Assembly: GCA_019118445.1 (NCBI GenBank)
Contig: DWYY01000172.1
Coordinates: 532 to 64,531 of the forward strand
Source of the DNA: Candidatus Eisenbergiella merdipullorum
GTDB lineage: Bacteria; Bacillota; Clostridia; Lachnospirales; Lachnospiraceae
Length of the DNA: 64,000 nt
Direction of reading: 5' to 3'
Numbering within the stretch: the stretch's first letter is position 1; each line of letters starts with the position of its first letter. Under the pieces are notes generated by a model. The model did no database searches and was not told the origin of the DNA. It saw only the letters and a program-made list of their open reading frames with translations. This document shows, in pieces, positions 20,024 through 28,659 of the stretch. The position numbers and the translations under genes were made by a program.

Positions 20024-20174
20024 ATTTGTCGCAGAAGATCATATTGTATCCGGCCGCCATGAGGAGCACGGCAACGATCAGCCCGGCCAGGCGGTTTGCG
20101 ATCAAAAGCGTCAGAAACATGCCGACGGCAATGCTGAATACGATGATCCCGATCAGTTTCCAAAGCTGCCGCAT
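20022..20174 (-). CDS. Small 50-aa two-TM membrane protein (below the ORF-track cutoff)
   Basis: MRQLWKLIGIIVFSIAVGMFLTLLIANRLAGLIVAVLLMAAGYNMIFCDK*; GGGGTG RBS 7 nt upstream; stop lies in the terminator. Confidence 0.7.
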   Translation of the reverse strand: MRQLWKLIGIIVFSIAVGMFLTLLIANRLAGLIVAVLLMAAGYNMIFCDK

Positions 20175-20208
20175 TCCCAGGCACCCCGTTCTTTATCGTC
20201 TTACTGCT

Positions 20209-20237
20209 ATTCTATGCGCCTGCCGACGGCATGATTC
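20209..20237 (-). promoter_or_regulatory. Putative SigE promoter for the small membrane ORF
   Basis: GAATCAT-14 bp-CATAGAAT. Confidence 0.45.
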
Positions 20238-20248
20238 TCTTTTCCCTC

Positions 20249-20644
20249 CTATTCCCCGGAAGGAAACGCCGCCTTCTGCGCTTCTTCGTCGCTCATCATC
20301 GTCTCCGGCTTTGCGGTAAAGCGGTCTACCAGATCCGGGATCATATCCAGTATCTTGGTCACACTGTCCTGATTTTTGATATTGACAAGCTTCGTCTGCC
20401 CGTTCTTGATCAGGAGCACGGCGCTTGGCGTCATTTTCCCGGAAAGCCCGCCTGCCCCTCCGTCCTTCTTTTCGCTTCTGCTGGCCCCGGCTCCCACGCC
20501 GAAGGTCACATCCACGAGCGGAATGATGATGGTGTCATCGATCTTCGTCGCCTCTCCCACCACAGTCTTAGTCGACATCAGCGTGTTGGCTCCCTTCAGC
20601 AGGGACTCCATTACGGAATTGATGTTATTATGATTTTCAGCCAT
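20249..20644 (-). CDS. GerW/YtfJ family sporulation protein
   Basis: KTVVGE, IIPLVDVTFGVGAG, GGAGG...PSAVLLI. Confidence 0.9.
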   Translation of the reverse strand: MAENHNNINSVMESLLKGANTLMSTKTVVGEATKIDDTIIIPLVDVTFGVGAGASRSEKKDGGAGGLSGKMTPSAVLLIKNGQTKLVNIKNQDSVTKILDMIPDLVDRFTAKPETMMSDEEAQKAAFPSGE

Positions 20645-21593
20645 TGGTCAGCTCCTCCTTTTTCAGCCGTCTGATAAATATCCATGTCCTTTTATCCAGC
20701 ACCACTCTTAAAATATGATAAAGAACCGTGCAGGCACGGATTCTTCCCGACATGCAAAACTCTCCGCACAGGCGTTCTTCGTCGAAATCCGGAACGATAT
20801 GCACCGTATCCCCGATCCAGGGGTATAGGATCCCATGCACCGCGAGCACGTTTCCCGTAACCGCTGGATCCCCGGCTCCGACCGTGAGATCAGCCGAAAT
20901 CTTTTTCGGCATCAAATGGAACAAAAGCTTTTTCCCCTGCTCCCATATCATGCGGAGGAGCCTCTGAGACTCTTCTTCTGTCAGAATCCGCAGATAACGG
21001 GCCGCCGCCGTCCATATCCGCTTCCCCCGGTCCATAAAGCCTTCCAATGTCCGCTTCCCATCCCGCAATCCGCGAAGGAGGCCGGAGAGCTTATTTTTTA
21101 AAAGCACAAGTCCCTTTTTTCCCAATCCATTTTGGCTTTCCTCAGCGCCGGAGACGGGGAGTGATCCTGATGAGGCGGGACCGGGTTCCGGAGAAACAGG
21201 ACCGGAGCCTGGGGAGACAGGACCGGAATCCGCAGGGACAGGGCCGGGACCAGAAGAAACAGGGCCGGAGCCCGCAGGGACAGGTTCTCTAGGGACCTGC
21301 GATCCCGCAGTTTTGGGAGGACCGCTTTTCTTCCATTTTTCCGGCCTGACCCTGATCCCGGCCACCCGGACCGTCATATGCAGTCCCTCCGCATACTCCG
21401 CCCGGAAGCTCACCAGGCGCAGAAGCCAGGTGAACCGGATATACGCCTTAGGCCTCCCTTCCTCCGGAAGACTGCCTTCCGCCCGGTATCTGACCGGGAC
21501 AAAAAGGAGAAGCGCCGCAAAGGCAAGGAAAAGCCCCAGTATGATGAGCAGGATAATGCCCGCTGTTTTCAGAATGAACAGAAATACTTCCAT
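20637..21593 (-). CDS. DUF2953/YtfI-like membrane protein with a Pro-Gly-Ser repeat linker
   Basis: N-terminal TM ending LLFVPVRY, GAGDPAVTG motif; directly upstream of the gerW-like gene. Confidence 0.8.
   Translation of the reverse strand: MEVFLFILKTAGIILLIILGLFLAFAALLLFVPVRYRAEGSLPEEGRPKAYIRFTWLLRLVSFRAEYAEGLHMTVRVAGIRVRPEKWKKSGPPKTAGSQVPREPVPAGSGPVSSGPGPVPADSGPVSPGSGPVSPEPGPASSGSLPVSGAEESQNGLGKKGLVLLKNKLSGLLRGLRDGKRTLEGFMDRGKRIWTAAARYLRILTEEESQRLLRMIWEQGKKLLFHLMPKKISADLTVGAGDPAVTGNVLAVHGILYPWIGDTVHIVPDFDEERLCGEFCMSGRIRACTVLYHILRVVLDKRTWIFIRRLKKEELTNG
21178..21282. repeat. Five 21-bp tandem repeats (PVxxxxG) in the DUF2953 gene
   Basis: Units such as GGACCGGAGCCTGGGGAGACA and GGACCGGAATCCGCAGGGACA. 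Confidence 0.85.
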
Positions 21594-21640
21594 ATGCCCC
21601 CTGAATACTCCCTGCCACGGTTTCTGTCCGCGCTGCAGCT

Positions 21641-21997
21641 TCATCCCCGCCGCAACATCTGTCCGTGCTGCGGCCCGCCGTCCGGCTTCCCGCAAGAATT
21701 GAGGATATAGCCCTTGATATCAGCGTCCCCGGTTTCCCGGACCACCTTCTGCGCGAGCCCTATAACGATCTCCACCGCTTCCTGCCTGCTGGATGCAAGG
21801 CCGACCACAAGCATATGTTCCGTGTCAAAGCATCTCTGCTTCAGATAACCGCTGTGGATGATCTCCAACTGATCCGAAGACGCGGCAAGCGCGATGACGT
21901 ATACAGAAAACTGTCCCGCATTGTGCCGGAGCTTCCATTTCACCTTTTCCGGATTCCTGATGGTTTCTCCCACATAAAGATCTCTGCAGAACTTCAT
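21641..21997 (-). CDS. Conserved hypothetical protein
   Basis: 118 aa, plausible composition, first gene of the ytfI/gerW-like operon. Confidence 0.7.
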   Translation of the reverse strand: MKFCRDLYVGETIRNPEKVKWKLRHNAGQFSVYVIALAASSDQLEIIHSGYLKQRCFDTEHMLVVGLASSRQEAVEIVIGLAQKVVRETGDADIKGYILNSCGKPDGGPQHGQMLRRG

Positions 21998-22055
21998 GAT
22001 ACGTCCCGTCTTCCTTTCCCGGCAGGCGCACAGGCCGCCGCCCTGCCTTCTTTAA

Positions 22056-22085
22056 AACCATTGCCATTTTCAGGCATTTTCATAC
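22056..22085 (-). promoter_or_regulatory. Putative SigF/SigG forespore promoter
   Basis: GTATG-15 bp-GGCAATGGTT; ytfIJ (gerW) is SigF-controlled in B. subtilis. Confidence 0.35.
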
Positions 22086-22120
22086 CTTTAGCCTGATTTT
22101 TCATTTTACTGAGATCAAGC

Positions 22121-22168
22121 CGGAAAGAGAGGCGGGATGCTTCTCATCCGCTCCCGCCTCTCCTTCCG
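22121..22168 (-). terminator. Stem-loop downstream of the NUDIX gene
   Basis: GAGAGGCGGGA...TCCCGCCTCTC inverted repeat. Confidence 0.6.
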
Positions 22169-22195
22169 TTCCCGAGCCCACGGCGCCGGGATTTT

Positions 22196-22648
22196 TCAGA
22201 AATATTTCCTGCTTCCCCAGAGATTCCTTTTCTTCAGGTCCAGATACTCATGATATGCTTTTTCCAGGATCTGCTTCTCGTTGGCGAACTTCAGCAGATG
22301 ATAGGCTTCATGGTACTTGTAAAATCCCGAGTCCACAAAATATTCCTCACGCTGTGGTTTGCTGTAATAACTGTCGGCCATCATCAGATACCAGTGCACT
22401 TCCTTGTCCACCGTATCCTCTGGCACGTTAAAGGTATACTCGCTCCTGCCGATATACTTGACGATGGAAGCTCTCGCCCCGCTCTCCTCAAGCACCTCCC
22501 GGAGCGCCGTATCCTTATACTCCTCTCCTGCCTCTACCGTTCCTTTGGGCAGGACCCAGCCTTCATACTTGTTTTTAAAATTCTTGTACAAAAGCAGTAT
22601 CTTACCACGAAAAATAACCACACCGCCACAGCTTGTTGCCTCTATCAT
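22196..22648 (-). CDS. NUDIX hydrolase
   Basis: Nudix box LPKGTVEAGEEYKDTALREVLEESG. Confidence 0.93.
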   Translation of the reverse strand: MIEATSCGGVVIFRGKILLLYKNFKNKYEGWVLPKGTVEAGEEYKDTALREVLEESGARASIVKYIGRSEYTFNVPEDTVDKEVHWYLMMADSYYSKPQREEYFVDSGFYKYHEAYHLLKFANEKQILEKAYHEYLDLKKRNLWGSRKYF

Positions 22649-22721
22649 CGCAATCCCTCCTGTAAGGTGTGCACTTTCCGGACCATGCGAAGGAGCATGT
22701 CCCTTCCGCTAAACTAGTTCA

Positions 22722-22750
22722 AGTATATCCCAAATGCACTTCTTAGGCAA
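22722..22750 (-). promoter_or_regulatory. SigA promoter of the NUDIX gene
   Basis: TTGCCT-17 bp-TATACT, giving a ~67-nt leader. Confidence 0.65.
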
Positions 22751-22824
22751 GCAAAAGTTTCCGTCCGCCGGCACGGCCCATCCGGCATATGCCGTTCCCC
22801 CGGCGCGGGCATGCTGCCTGAGGT

Positions 22825-24342
22825 TTATCCGACCGTCCCGAAAAAAGCGTCGAACACCCGTTTTGCGATGGGGACCGCATAATCCCCGCCGGAGCCGATC
22901 CCCTCAATGATCACGGTGACCGCTACCTGCGGGTTTTCCACAGGGGCAAAGCCCGTAAACCATGCGTGGGAATCGCTGGAGCTGTCGCTGTATTCCGCTG
23001 ACCCGGTCTTACCCGCGGCGGTATAAGAAAGTCCGGAAAGCTTTGACGCCGTCCCTTCCTCCACCACATCTTCCATGAGTTCCGTCAGGATCTGCGCCTC
23101 CCCTGAGGTCATCAGCCTGGCGTACTCCTGTGGTCCGTACTGTTTCAGCACGGTCCCGTCCGGTTTCTCGACCCGGTCCATCTCATAGGGCCTCATCAGC
23201 ACCCCGCCATTCGCGATCGCCGACGTGATCATGCACAGATGCAGCGGAGTCATTTGGGTCTTTCCCTGCCCGATCGCCGTCTGGATCATATCCGCATCAC
23301 TGCTTTTTTCATTTAAGGAGACGCTGCTTTCCGAATAGGCGATGTCTACCGGGAGTTCCTGATCAAACAGGAGCTCCTGCAGGGTGGTAGAAAAATCTTC
23401 CCGGTCCAGACTCATTCCGATATTGGCGAAAGAAGAATTGCAGGACTCCGCAAAGGAGTGCATAAAATCCAGCTGCCCGTGGCTGCTGCCGTGAAAACAG
23501 CGGATAGTGGTATCTCCGTAGGTGTAGCTGCCGCTGCACTGATAGCTGTAATTTTCCCAGTCGTCCGGGTGCTCTCTGATGTATTCCAGAGCCGTAATGA
23601 TCTTAAAAGTGGAGCCGGGCGGATAAAGCCCCTGTGATGCCCTGTTTAACAGGACAGAGCTTCCGTCCTGCGTCAGGCTGTCCCAGTCCTGCGCGATCTC
23701 ATTCGGGTCAAAATCCGGCTTGGACACCATGGCAAGGATCTTTCCCGTAGAAGGCTCCATTACCACGATCGCTCCTGTGTAAAGCCCCATCGCGTTATAG
23801 GCCGCCTCCTGTATCTTCGTATCCAGAGTGGTAACCAGATCGTTCCCAGGATTTTTGAGGCCGTCCGCCGCGTTTTCCGCCTGCTCGGCCGCAGAGACGG
23901 AGGTATTGATCAGATCATAATTGGCAAGGCTCTCCAGCCCGGTCCTTCCCCTAGTGGAATAACCAACGATATGGGAAAACATATTCGCATAGGGGTACTG
24001 CCGCACTTCTTCGCCGTCTTCTACCACCGTCTCCGCCAGCACTTCCCCGTCCGCCGCATATATGGTCCCTCTGGTATTCTGCCTAGCGAGGATGCTCTGC
24101 CTGCTGTTGTAGCTATTGTTGAACAGCTCTTCCGAATGGGAGGGGATATAGATGCACAGATAAGCTGCCATGGCGGCAAAAAGGACACAGAAAAACACGG
24201 CGCAGCCGGAAAGCTGCGCGCGCATCCGTTTTTCCTCCGCCAGCCCGGCTGGATCTCTGTCCGCTCCGTAACGCTGCAGACCGCGCCTTTTTCCGGCCTG
24301 CCTCTTTTCTGCCCCCCTCGTTCTTGTTCTTCTTTTTCCCAT
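22825..24342 (-). CDS. Class B penicillin-binding protein (PbpA-like transpeptidase)
   Basis: PGSTFK (SxxK), SCN (SxN), KTG; single N-terminal TM. Confidence 0.93.
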   Translation of the reverse strand: MGKRRTRTRGAEKRQAGKRRGLQRYGADRDPAGLAEEKRMRAQLSGCAVFFCVLFAAMAAYLCIYIPSHSEELFNNSYNSRQSILARQNTRGTIYAADGEVLAETVVEDGEEVRQYPYANMFSHIVGYSTRGRTGLESLANYDLINTSVSAAEQAENAADGLKNPGNDLVTTLDTKIQEAAYNAMGLYTGAIVVMEPSTGKILAMVSKPDFDPNEIAQDWDSLTQDGSSVLLNRASQGLYPPGSTFKIITALEYIREHPDDWENYSYQCSGSYTYGDTTIRCFHGSSHGQLDFMHSFAESCNSSFANIGMSLDREDFSTTLQELLFDQELPVDIAYSESSVSLNEKSSDADMIQTAIGQGKTQMTPLHLCMITSAIANGGVLMRPYEMDRVEKPDGTVLKQYGPQEYARLMTSGEAQILTELMEDVVEEGTASKLSGLSYTAAGKTGSAEYSDSSSDSHAWFTGFAPVENPQVAVTVIIEGIGSGGDYAVPIAKRVFDAFFGTVG

Positions 24343-24351
24343 CGTGAGACC

Positions 24352-25899
24352 TTACCATCCTTTCCGCCCGGAGTGCGTCCGCTTTCTGTCGTTTTTCCCG
24401 CGGGATGCGTCGTCGTCGTAACCATCTTCTACGTCGTAACCGGCTTCGTCATCATAACCAGATTCCCCGTCGTAATCGGCTTCGTCATCGTAATCCTCGT
24501 CATCGCCGTAATCCGCTTCATCATCATAATCCGCTTCGTCATCATAATCCGCTTCGTCATCATAATCCGCTTCGTCATCGTGATCCTCTTCCCCGCCGGA
24601 CAGCGCGCGCCGTTTCAGTCCGGCTCCCTGGACCACCGCAAACAGAAGGATCGTGGTCATCACGCTGCTTCCGCCGTAGCTGACCAGCGGGAGCGTCACG
24701 CCGGTGAGCGGAATAAATTTGATCCCGCCGCCAACGGTCAGAAAAACCTGAAAAATATACAACACACCGAATCCTGCCGCAAGCAGCCTGTAAAAACAGT
24801 CCTGCTGCGCCATTGCAATGCGCAGGAACTGCAGAAAACAGCATACGCACACCACGAGCAGGCTGACCGCGAACAAAAGGCCCAGTTCCTCTGTGACCGC
24901 CGCGAAAATAAAGTCCGTCTCCACATATGGGATATCCTGCGGCGTCCCCTGACCGATCCCGAGACCGAACCAGCCTCCCCGGGAGAGGGCAAAAAGCGAC
25001 TGGGTGATCTGATAGCCCTGGCTGTCGATCACACTCCAGGGATCACGCCATGCCTGCACCCGGACCTGTACATGGGAAAACAGGCGGTAGGCAACAAAGG
25101 CCGCCGCGCAGCCCCCCGCCGCTCCGATCGCGAGATAACGGTATTTTCCGGTGGCAAAGAAAACCAGGAAAACGAATGCCAGAAAGAAAATGAGCGCGCT
25201 TCCCAGGTCTCTGGATAAAACCAGCACCAGAACATGCCCCGCCGCAACAGCCGCAGCGACCGCCACCCGCTTCAGGGAAGCGTCCTCCCACAGAAGCGCA
25301 GCCAGGAAAAAGACGAACAGGAGTTTGACAAATTCGGAAGGCTGGAAGGTAACTCCCGCCACCGTATAAGTTAGTCTGGAGCCGTGTGTCACCTGCCCCA
25401 GGATGAGCACGGCGAGCAGTGCCAGAAGCCCGGCCCCGGCATACAGAAGGGTCAGCTTCTTCAGCAGATGGCCGCAGGTCCTGACCACCTGAGGGACCGC
25501 CATGGATAAAACCAGGGAGATCGCTGCGATGATAAGCTGCCGGACCGCCTGCTGCAGGTTCAGCCTGCCCAGGATCAGGAAGCCGGTTCCCAGGAGGAAA
25601 CACATATGGTTGAGAACAGCCCGGTCCATCCCCGGATAGATCATGAGGAACAGCGTCATGGAAGCAAACAGGGTGATCTGGGAAAAAGCATAGAAAAACA
25701 ACATATCCAAGTCTCCTGTTTCCACGCAGAGCGCTAGAAAACCCACAAACTGCCAGATAAAGATACAAACGGATTGCGCCGTATCCACAGCCCTTCCTTT
25801 CCTGGGAGAAAGAAAGGAGCGCACCAGGGACAGGACCGCATACAAAACCGCCAGGAGCGCTATGATATATCTGGAATAAATCACGATGAACTGTTCCAT
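24352..25899 (-). CDS. SEDS peptidoglycan glycosyltransferase (FtsW/RodA/SpoVE) with an acidic repeat tail
   Basis: QPSEFVK, RDLGS, TDFIFA..EELG, PLTGVTLPLVSYGGSS. Confidence 0.93.
   Translation of the reverse strand: MEQFIVIYSRYIIALLAVLYAVLSLVRSFLSPRKGRAVDTAQSVCIFIWQFVGFLALCVETGDLDMLFFYAFSQITLFASMTLFLMIYPGMDRAVLNHMCFLLGTGFLILGRLNLQQAVRQLIIAAISLVLSMAVPQVVRTCGHLLKKLTLLYAGAGLLALLAVLILGQVTHGSRLTYTVAGVTFQPSEFVKLLFVFFLAALLWEDASLKRVAVAAAVAAGHVLVLVLSRDLGSALIFFLAFVFLVFFATGKYRYLAIGAAGGCAAAFVAYRLFSHVQVRVQAWRDPWSVIDSQGYQITQSLFALSRGGWFGLGIGQGTPQDIPYVETDFIFAAVTEELGLLFAVSLLVVCVCCFLQFLRIAMAQQDCFYRLLAAGFGVLYIFQVFLTVGGGIKFIPLTGVTLPLVSYGGSSVMTTILLFAVVQGAGLKRRALSGGEEDHDDEADYDDEADYDDEADYDDEADYGDDEDYDDEADYDGESGYDDEAGYDVEDGYDDDASRGKNDRKRTHSGRKGW
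24418..24579. repeat. Nine 18-bp tandem repeats encoding DDEADY-like hexapeptides
   Basis: Core unit ATAATCCGCTTCGTCATC; protein DDEADY x4, GDDEDY, DDEADY, DGESGY, DDEAGY, DVEDGY. Confidence 0.95.
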
Positions 25900-25904
25900 G
25901 TCCC

Positions 25905-28106
25905 CTACTGCGCCCCTTTCCTGAAATGCCCTGTGGTAAAACCATATTCCGGCTGTATCTTTTCCCCGGAAAGCCCTTCCTGAAACAGCCCAAGGATTTC
26001 CTTCGCCTTCTCCCCGCTTTCCTGAAGGAAGTCGAACCGTACAAAAGCCGCCCCGCTTTCCGGCATTTCTCCCAGGAATGTATGCAGGGAAAGCGGCACG
26101 GAATTATAGATGACATTATAGCAGAAGCGGCAGTCGGTAACGACAGGAAAAGCCGCCTGATACCGGTCGATCAAGAACAGTCCTGCCTTCCCGGGAGCCG
26201 CATCCCTCAGGCACTCCCCCGCCGTTTTCTGGATACAGTTGGCAGTCACCATCATAGGGATCCTGCCATAAACCAGGATTTCCTTCCGGCCCGGCTGCCC
26301 CTGCCCGGGCGACGGCAGGGCATATACATCCCTCCCGTTCAGCTCCAGAGGCGCGCAGTAGGTATCCATGTCCTGCCGCCAGTACTCCCAAGTCTGACGG
26401 TTCCAGACATAAATCCTGTGGTCGAAAGCGATCTTTCCTTTCCAGCCGTTCTCTTTCAGCCACACCAGGCCGGAGGGAGAAGCAATCTGAGCTCCCGCAA
26501 AAAGCCCCGTGTCCAGAAGCGTCTTCACCCTGCCCATCTGTTCCCTGGTTTCCGACCGGAAGATCAAGGGAAGGGACAGGAAAAACTCACAGGAGGGCAT
26601 CTGTTCTCCTGCCTTCCTCAGCCGTTTTCCCATTCCGGCGTTTATGGCAGCCTCCGGCACATAGATCCGGGAAACGCCAGCTTCCAGGCAGGCTTCCAAC
26701 TGAGAAGGCGTGATCACGGACGCCGACAGTTCCGGCATGCCTGTCCTGCAGCCCACAGCGGCAGCCGCATCCCCGCTTCCGGCATGCCTCTTCTTTCCTG
26801 CCTCTCTCTTTTTTCCATCGTTGTGATACGCGGCAATCCTGCGGGCACGCAGTTCTTCCAGCACGCTTCTTCGCAGCTCATTGAGCGCTTTCACAGGAAG
26901 GAACACATCCCCCTCCATGAAAATCTCGATCCTCTCAGCCAGGAAACCGCTCCCGCCCGTTCTGGCGAGCTGCTTCCTTACTTCTTCTTCCGTCAGCGGC
27001 CTTTTCTGCGCCTGCTGCACCATCTCCCCTTCCAGACAGACAGTTTCCTCTCCCGCCTGCGCCGTCAGGCGGACCGGCCTTCCTGCCTGAAGCTCTGCCG
27101 TCATGGAAACAGGGAACGCGATCGTCCTTTCCAGGATCCGGCTGCGGATCTCCTGCAGCAGTTCCTCGCTGCAGCCCGCGTATCCCGGCTGATCCAGGGT
27201 GACCATATCGCGGCCATTATGCTTTTTCAGATATCCGCCTCCCAGCCCGCTGCGCACATACAGGGAGGAAAGCAGCTTTTTATCCGCAGGAAGCGCTTCC
27301 CTCTTTTCCGGGCAGGCCAGATACTCATCTATCCTGCGCCGGTAGGCGTCCGTCACGCCCGCCACATATTCCGCCCGCTTCATCCTTCCTTCGATCTTGA
27401 AGGAATCAATGCCGGCGTCCACCAGTTCCGGGATCAGATCGATGGTACACAGATCCTTCAGGCTTAACGGATAACATGCTTTTCCGGTCTTCTTCGATCG
27501 GATGCGGTAAGGCTGGCGGCAGGGCTGGGCGCACCGTCCACGGTTTCCGCTGCGCCCGCCCAGCATGCTGCTGAACAGACACTGTCCCGAATAGCAGTAA
27601 CACATGGCGCCGTGGATGAACACCTCCACCTCTAGGCCGCTCTCTTTTTTCAGAAGCACGGCTTCCTCCAGGGAAAGCTCCCTCGCCGGAACCACCCGGA
27701 CAATGCCGAGCCGTTTCAGGGCCTCTACTCCCGCCGCATCTGTAACCGTCATCTGCGTGCTCGCGTGCAGGGAAAGATGAGGGAAATTCTCTCCAAGCAC
27801 CAAAAGCGCACCCACGTCCTGCACGATCACGCCATCCAGCCCCGCCTCATAAAACGGGGCTATAAAGTCCGCGAGCCGGTCCAGCTCCTCCTGCTTCATG
27901 AGCGTATTGACCGTCAGATAAATCTTTTTTCCGAAAAAGTGAGCCTCATCCAGCGCCGAAAGCACCTCATCCCGGCTGAAATTTCCGGCATATGCCCTCG
28001 CCCCGTATTGCTGTCCACCTATGTATACCGCATCCGCCCCCGCTTTCAGCGCCGCCTGAAAACAGCCGTAATCCCCGGCGGGCGCAAGAAGTTCCGGTTT
28101 CTTCAT
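25905..28106 (-). CDS. Peptidase U32 family with a C-terminal extension (RlhA-like RNA hydroxylation protein)
   Basis: PELLAPAG, HASTQ, HGAMCYCYSGQC, NRGRCAQPCR, KIEGRMK. Confidence 0.88.
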   Translation of the reverse strand: MKKPELLAPAGDYGCFQAALKAGADAVYIGGQQYGARAYAGNFSRDEVLSALDEAHFFGKKIYLTVNTLMKQEELDRLADFIAPFYEAGLDGVIVQDVGALLVLGENFPHLSLHASTQMTVTDAAGVEALKRLGIVRVVPARELSLEEAVLLKKESGLEVEVFIHGAMCYCYSGQCLFSSMLGGRSGNRGRCAQPCRQPYRIRSKKTGKACYPLSLKDLCTIDLIPELVDAGIDSFKIEGRMKRAEYVAGVTDAYRRRIDEYLACPEKREALPADKKLLSSLYVRSGLGGGYLKKHNGRDMVTLDQPGYAGCSEELLQEIRSRILERTIAFPVSMTAELQAGRPVRLTAQAGEETVCLEGEMVQQAQKRPLTEEEVRKQLARTGGSGFLAERIEIFMEGDVFLPVKALNELRRSVLEELRARRIAAYHNDGKKREAGKKRHAGSGDAAAAVGCRTGMPELSASVITPSQLEACLEAGVSRIYVPEAAINAGMGKRLRKAGEQMPSCEFFLSLPLIFRSETREQMGRVKTLLDTGLFAGAQIASPSGLVWLKENGWKGKIAFDHRIYVWNRQTWEYWRQDMDTYCAPLELNGRDVYALPSPGQGQPGRKEILVYGRIPMMVTANCIQKTAGECLRDAAPGKAGLFLIDRYQAAFPVVTDCRFCYNVIYNSVPLSLHTFLGEMPESGAAFVRFDFLQESGEKAKEILGLFQEGLSGEKIQPEYGFTTGHFRKGAQ

Positions 28107-28149
28107 TCTCTCTACCTCATTTCATGCCGCTCACAGGCAGCATTATATG

Positions 28150-28178
28150 AAAAGGGGCTGTCCCGCAAAAGACAGCCC
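28150..28178 (-). terminator. Intrinsic terminator after zapA
   Basis: GGGCTGTC...GACAGCCC followed by CTTTT on the minus strand. Confidence 0.6.
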
Positions 28179-28188
28179 GTCCCGATCG

Positions 28189-28611
28189 CTATGCTTTTTT
28201 ATTCCTGTCGTTTTTGTCCGCCAGCTCAGTTTCCAGGCGGACGATCTTTTTGGAGCTTTCGTTCAGCTCCTTCTGAACGCCCTTTAAGGTTTTCTCCGTG
28301 TTTTCCAGCTTGATCTGGGAAGCGATCAGTTCATGCTTCAGATCATAAAGCTCCTTTTCCTTGGCCTGGAGTTCTTCTTCCTGGATGGCGATCTGCTTTC
28401 TCGCTTTAAAATAATCATCTGCGATGTTCAACTGCATCAGGATATTCTGCCGGTCCAACGGCTGTCTGGTGAAGCTTTCCATTTTACTGTATTCCGTCAT
28501 TTTATTGTTGATATAGGAGGCGACCCTCTGCAGGTATTCCTCGCTCTCGTATCCGCTCAGCGTGAAAACCTTTCCGCCAATGATCACTTCCGTATCTGTT
28601 TTAACAGCCAT
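28189..28611 (-). CDS. zapA: Cell division protein ZapA
   Basis: VIIGGKVFTLSG.ESEEYLQRVASYIN, LNIADDYFK, C-terminal coiled coil. Confidence 0.85.
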   Translation of the reverse strand: MAVKTDTEVIIGGKVFTLSGYESEEYLQRVASYINNKMTEYSKMESFTRQPLDRQNILMQLNIADDYFKARKQIAIQEEELQAKEKELYDLKHELIASQIKLENTEKTLKGVQKELNESSKKIVRLETELADKNDRNKKA

Positions 28612-28659
28612 GCCGCTCTCCTTCATACCGTTTTCGGGTAGCCTGTTACACGGAATCCA

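Noticed and set aside
22649-22715. Assignment of the NUDIX leader to the ykkC riboswitch family
   Set aside because: Only short fragments resemble ykkC; the CUAGGGUUCCG and 3' AAAAG-CC elements are absent, so it is kept as an unassigned candidate.
24418-24579. Regular repeat considered as a CRISPR array
   Set aside because: The units are contiguous in-frame 18-mers with no unique spacers, and there are no cas genes.
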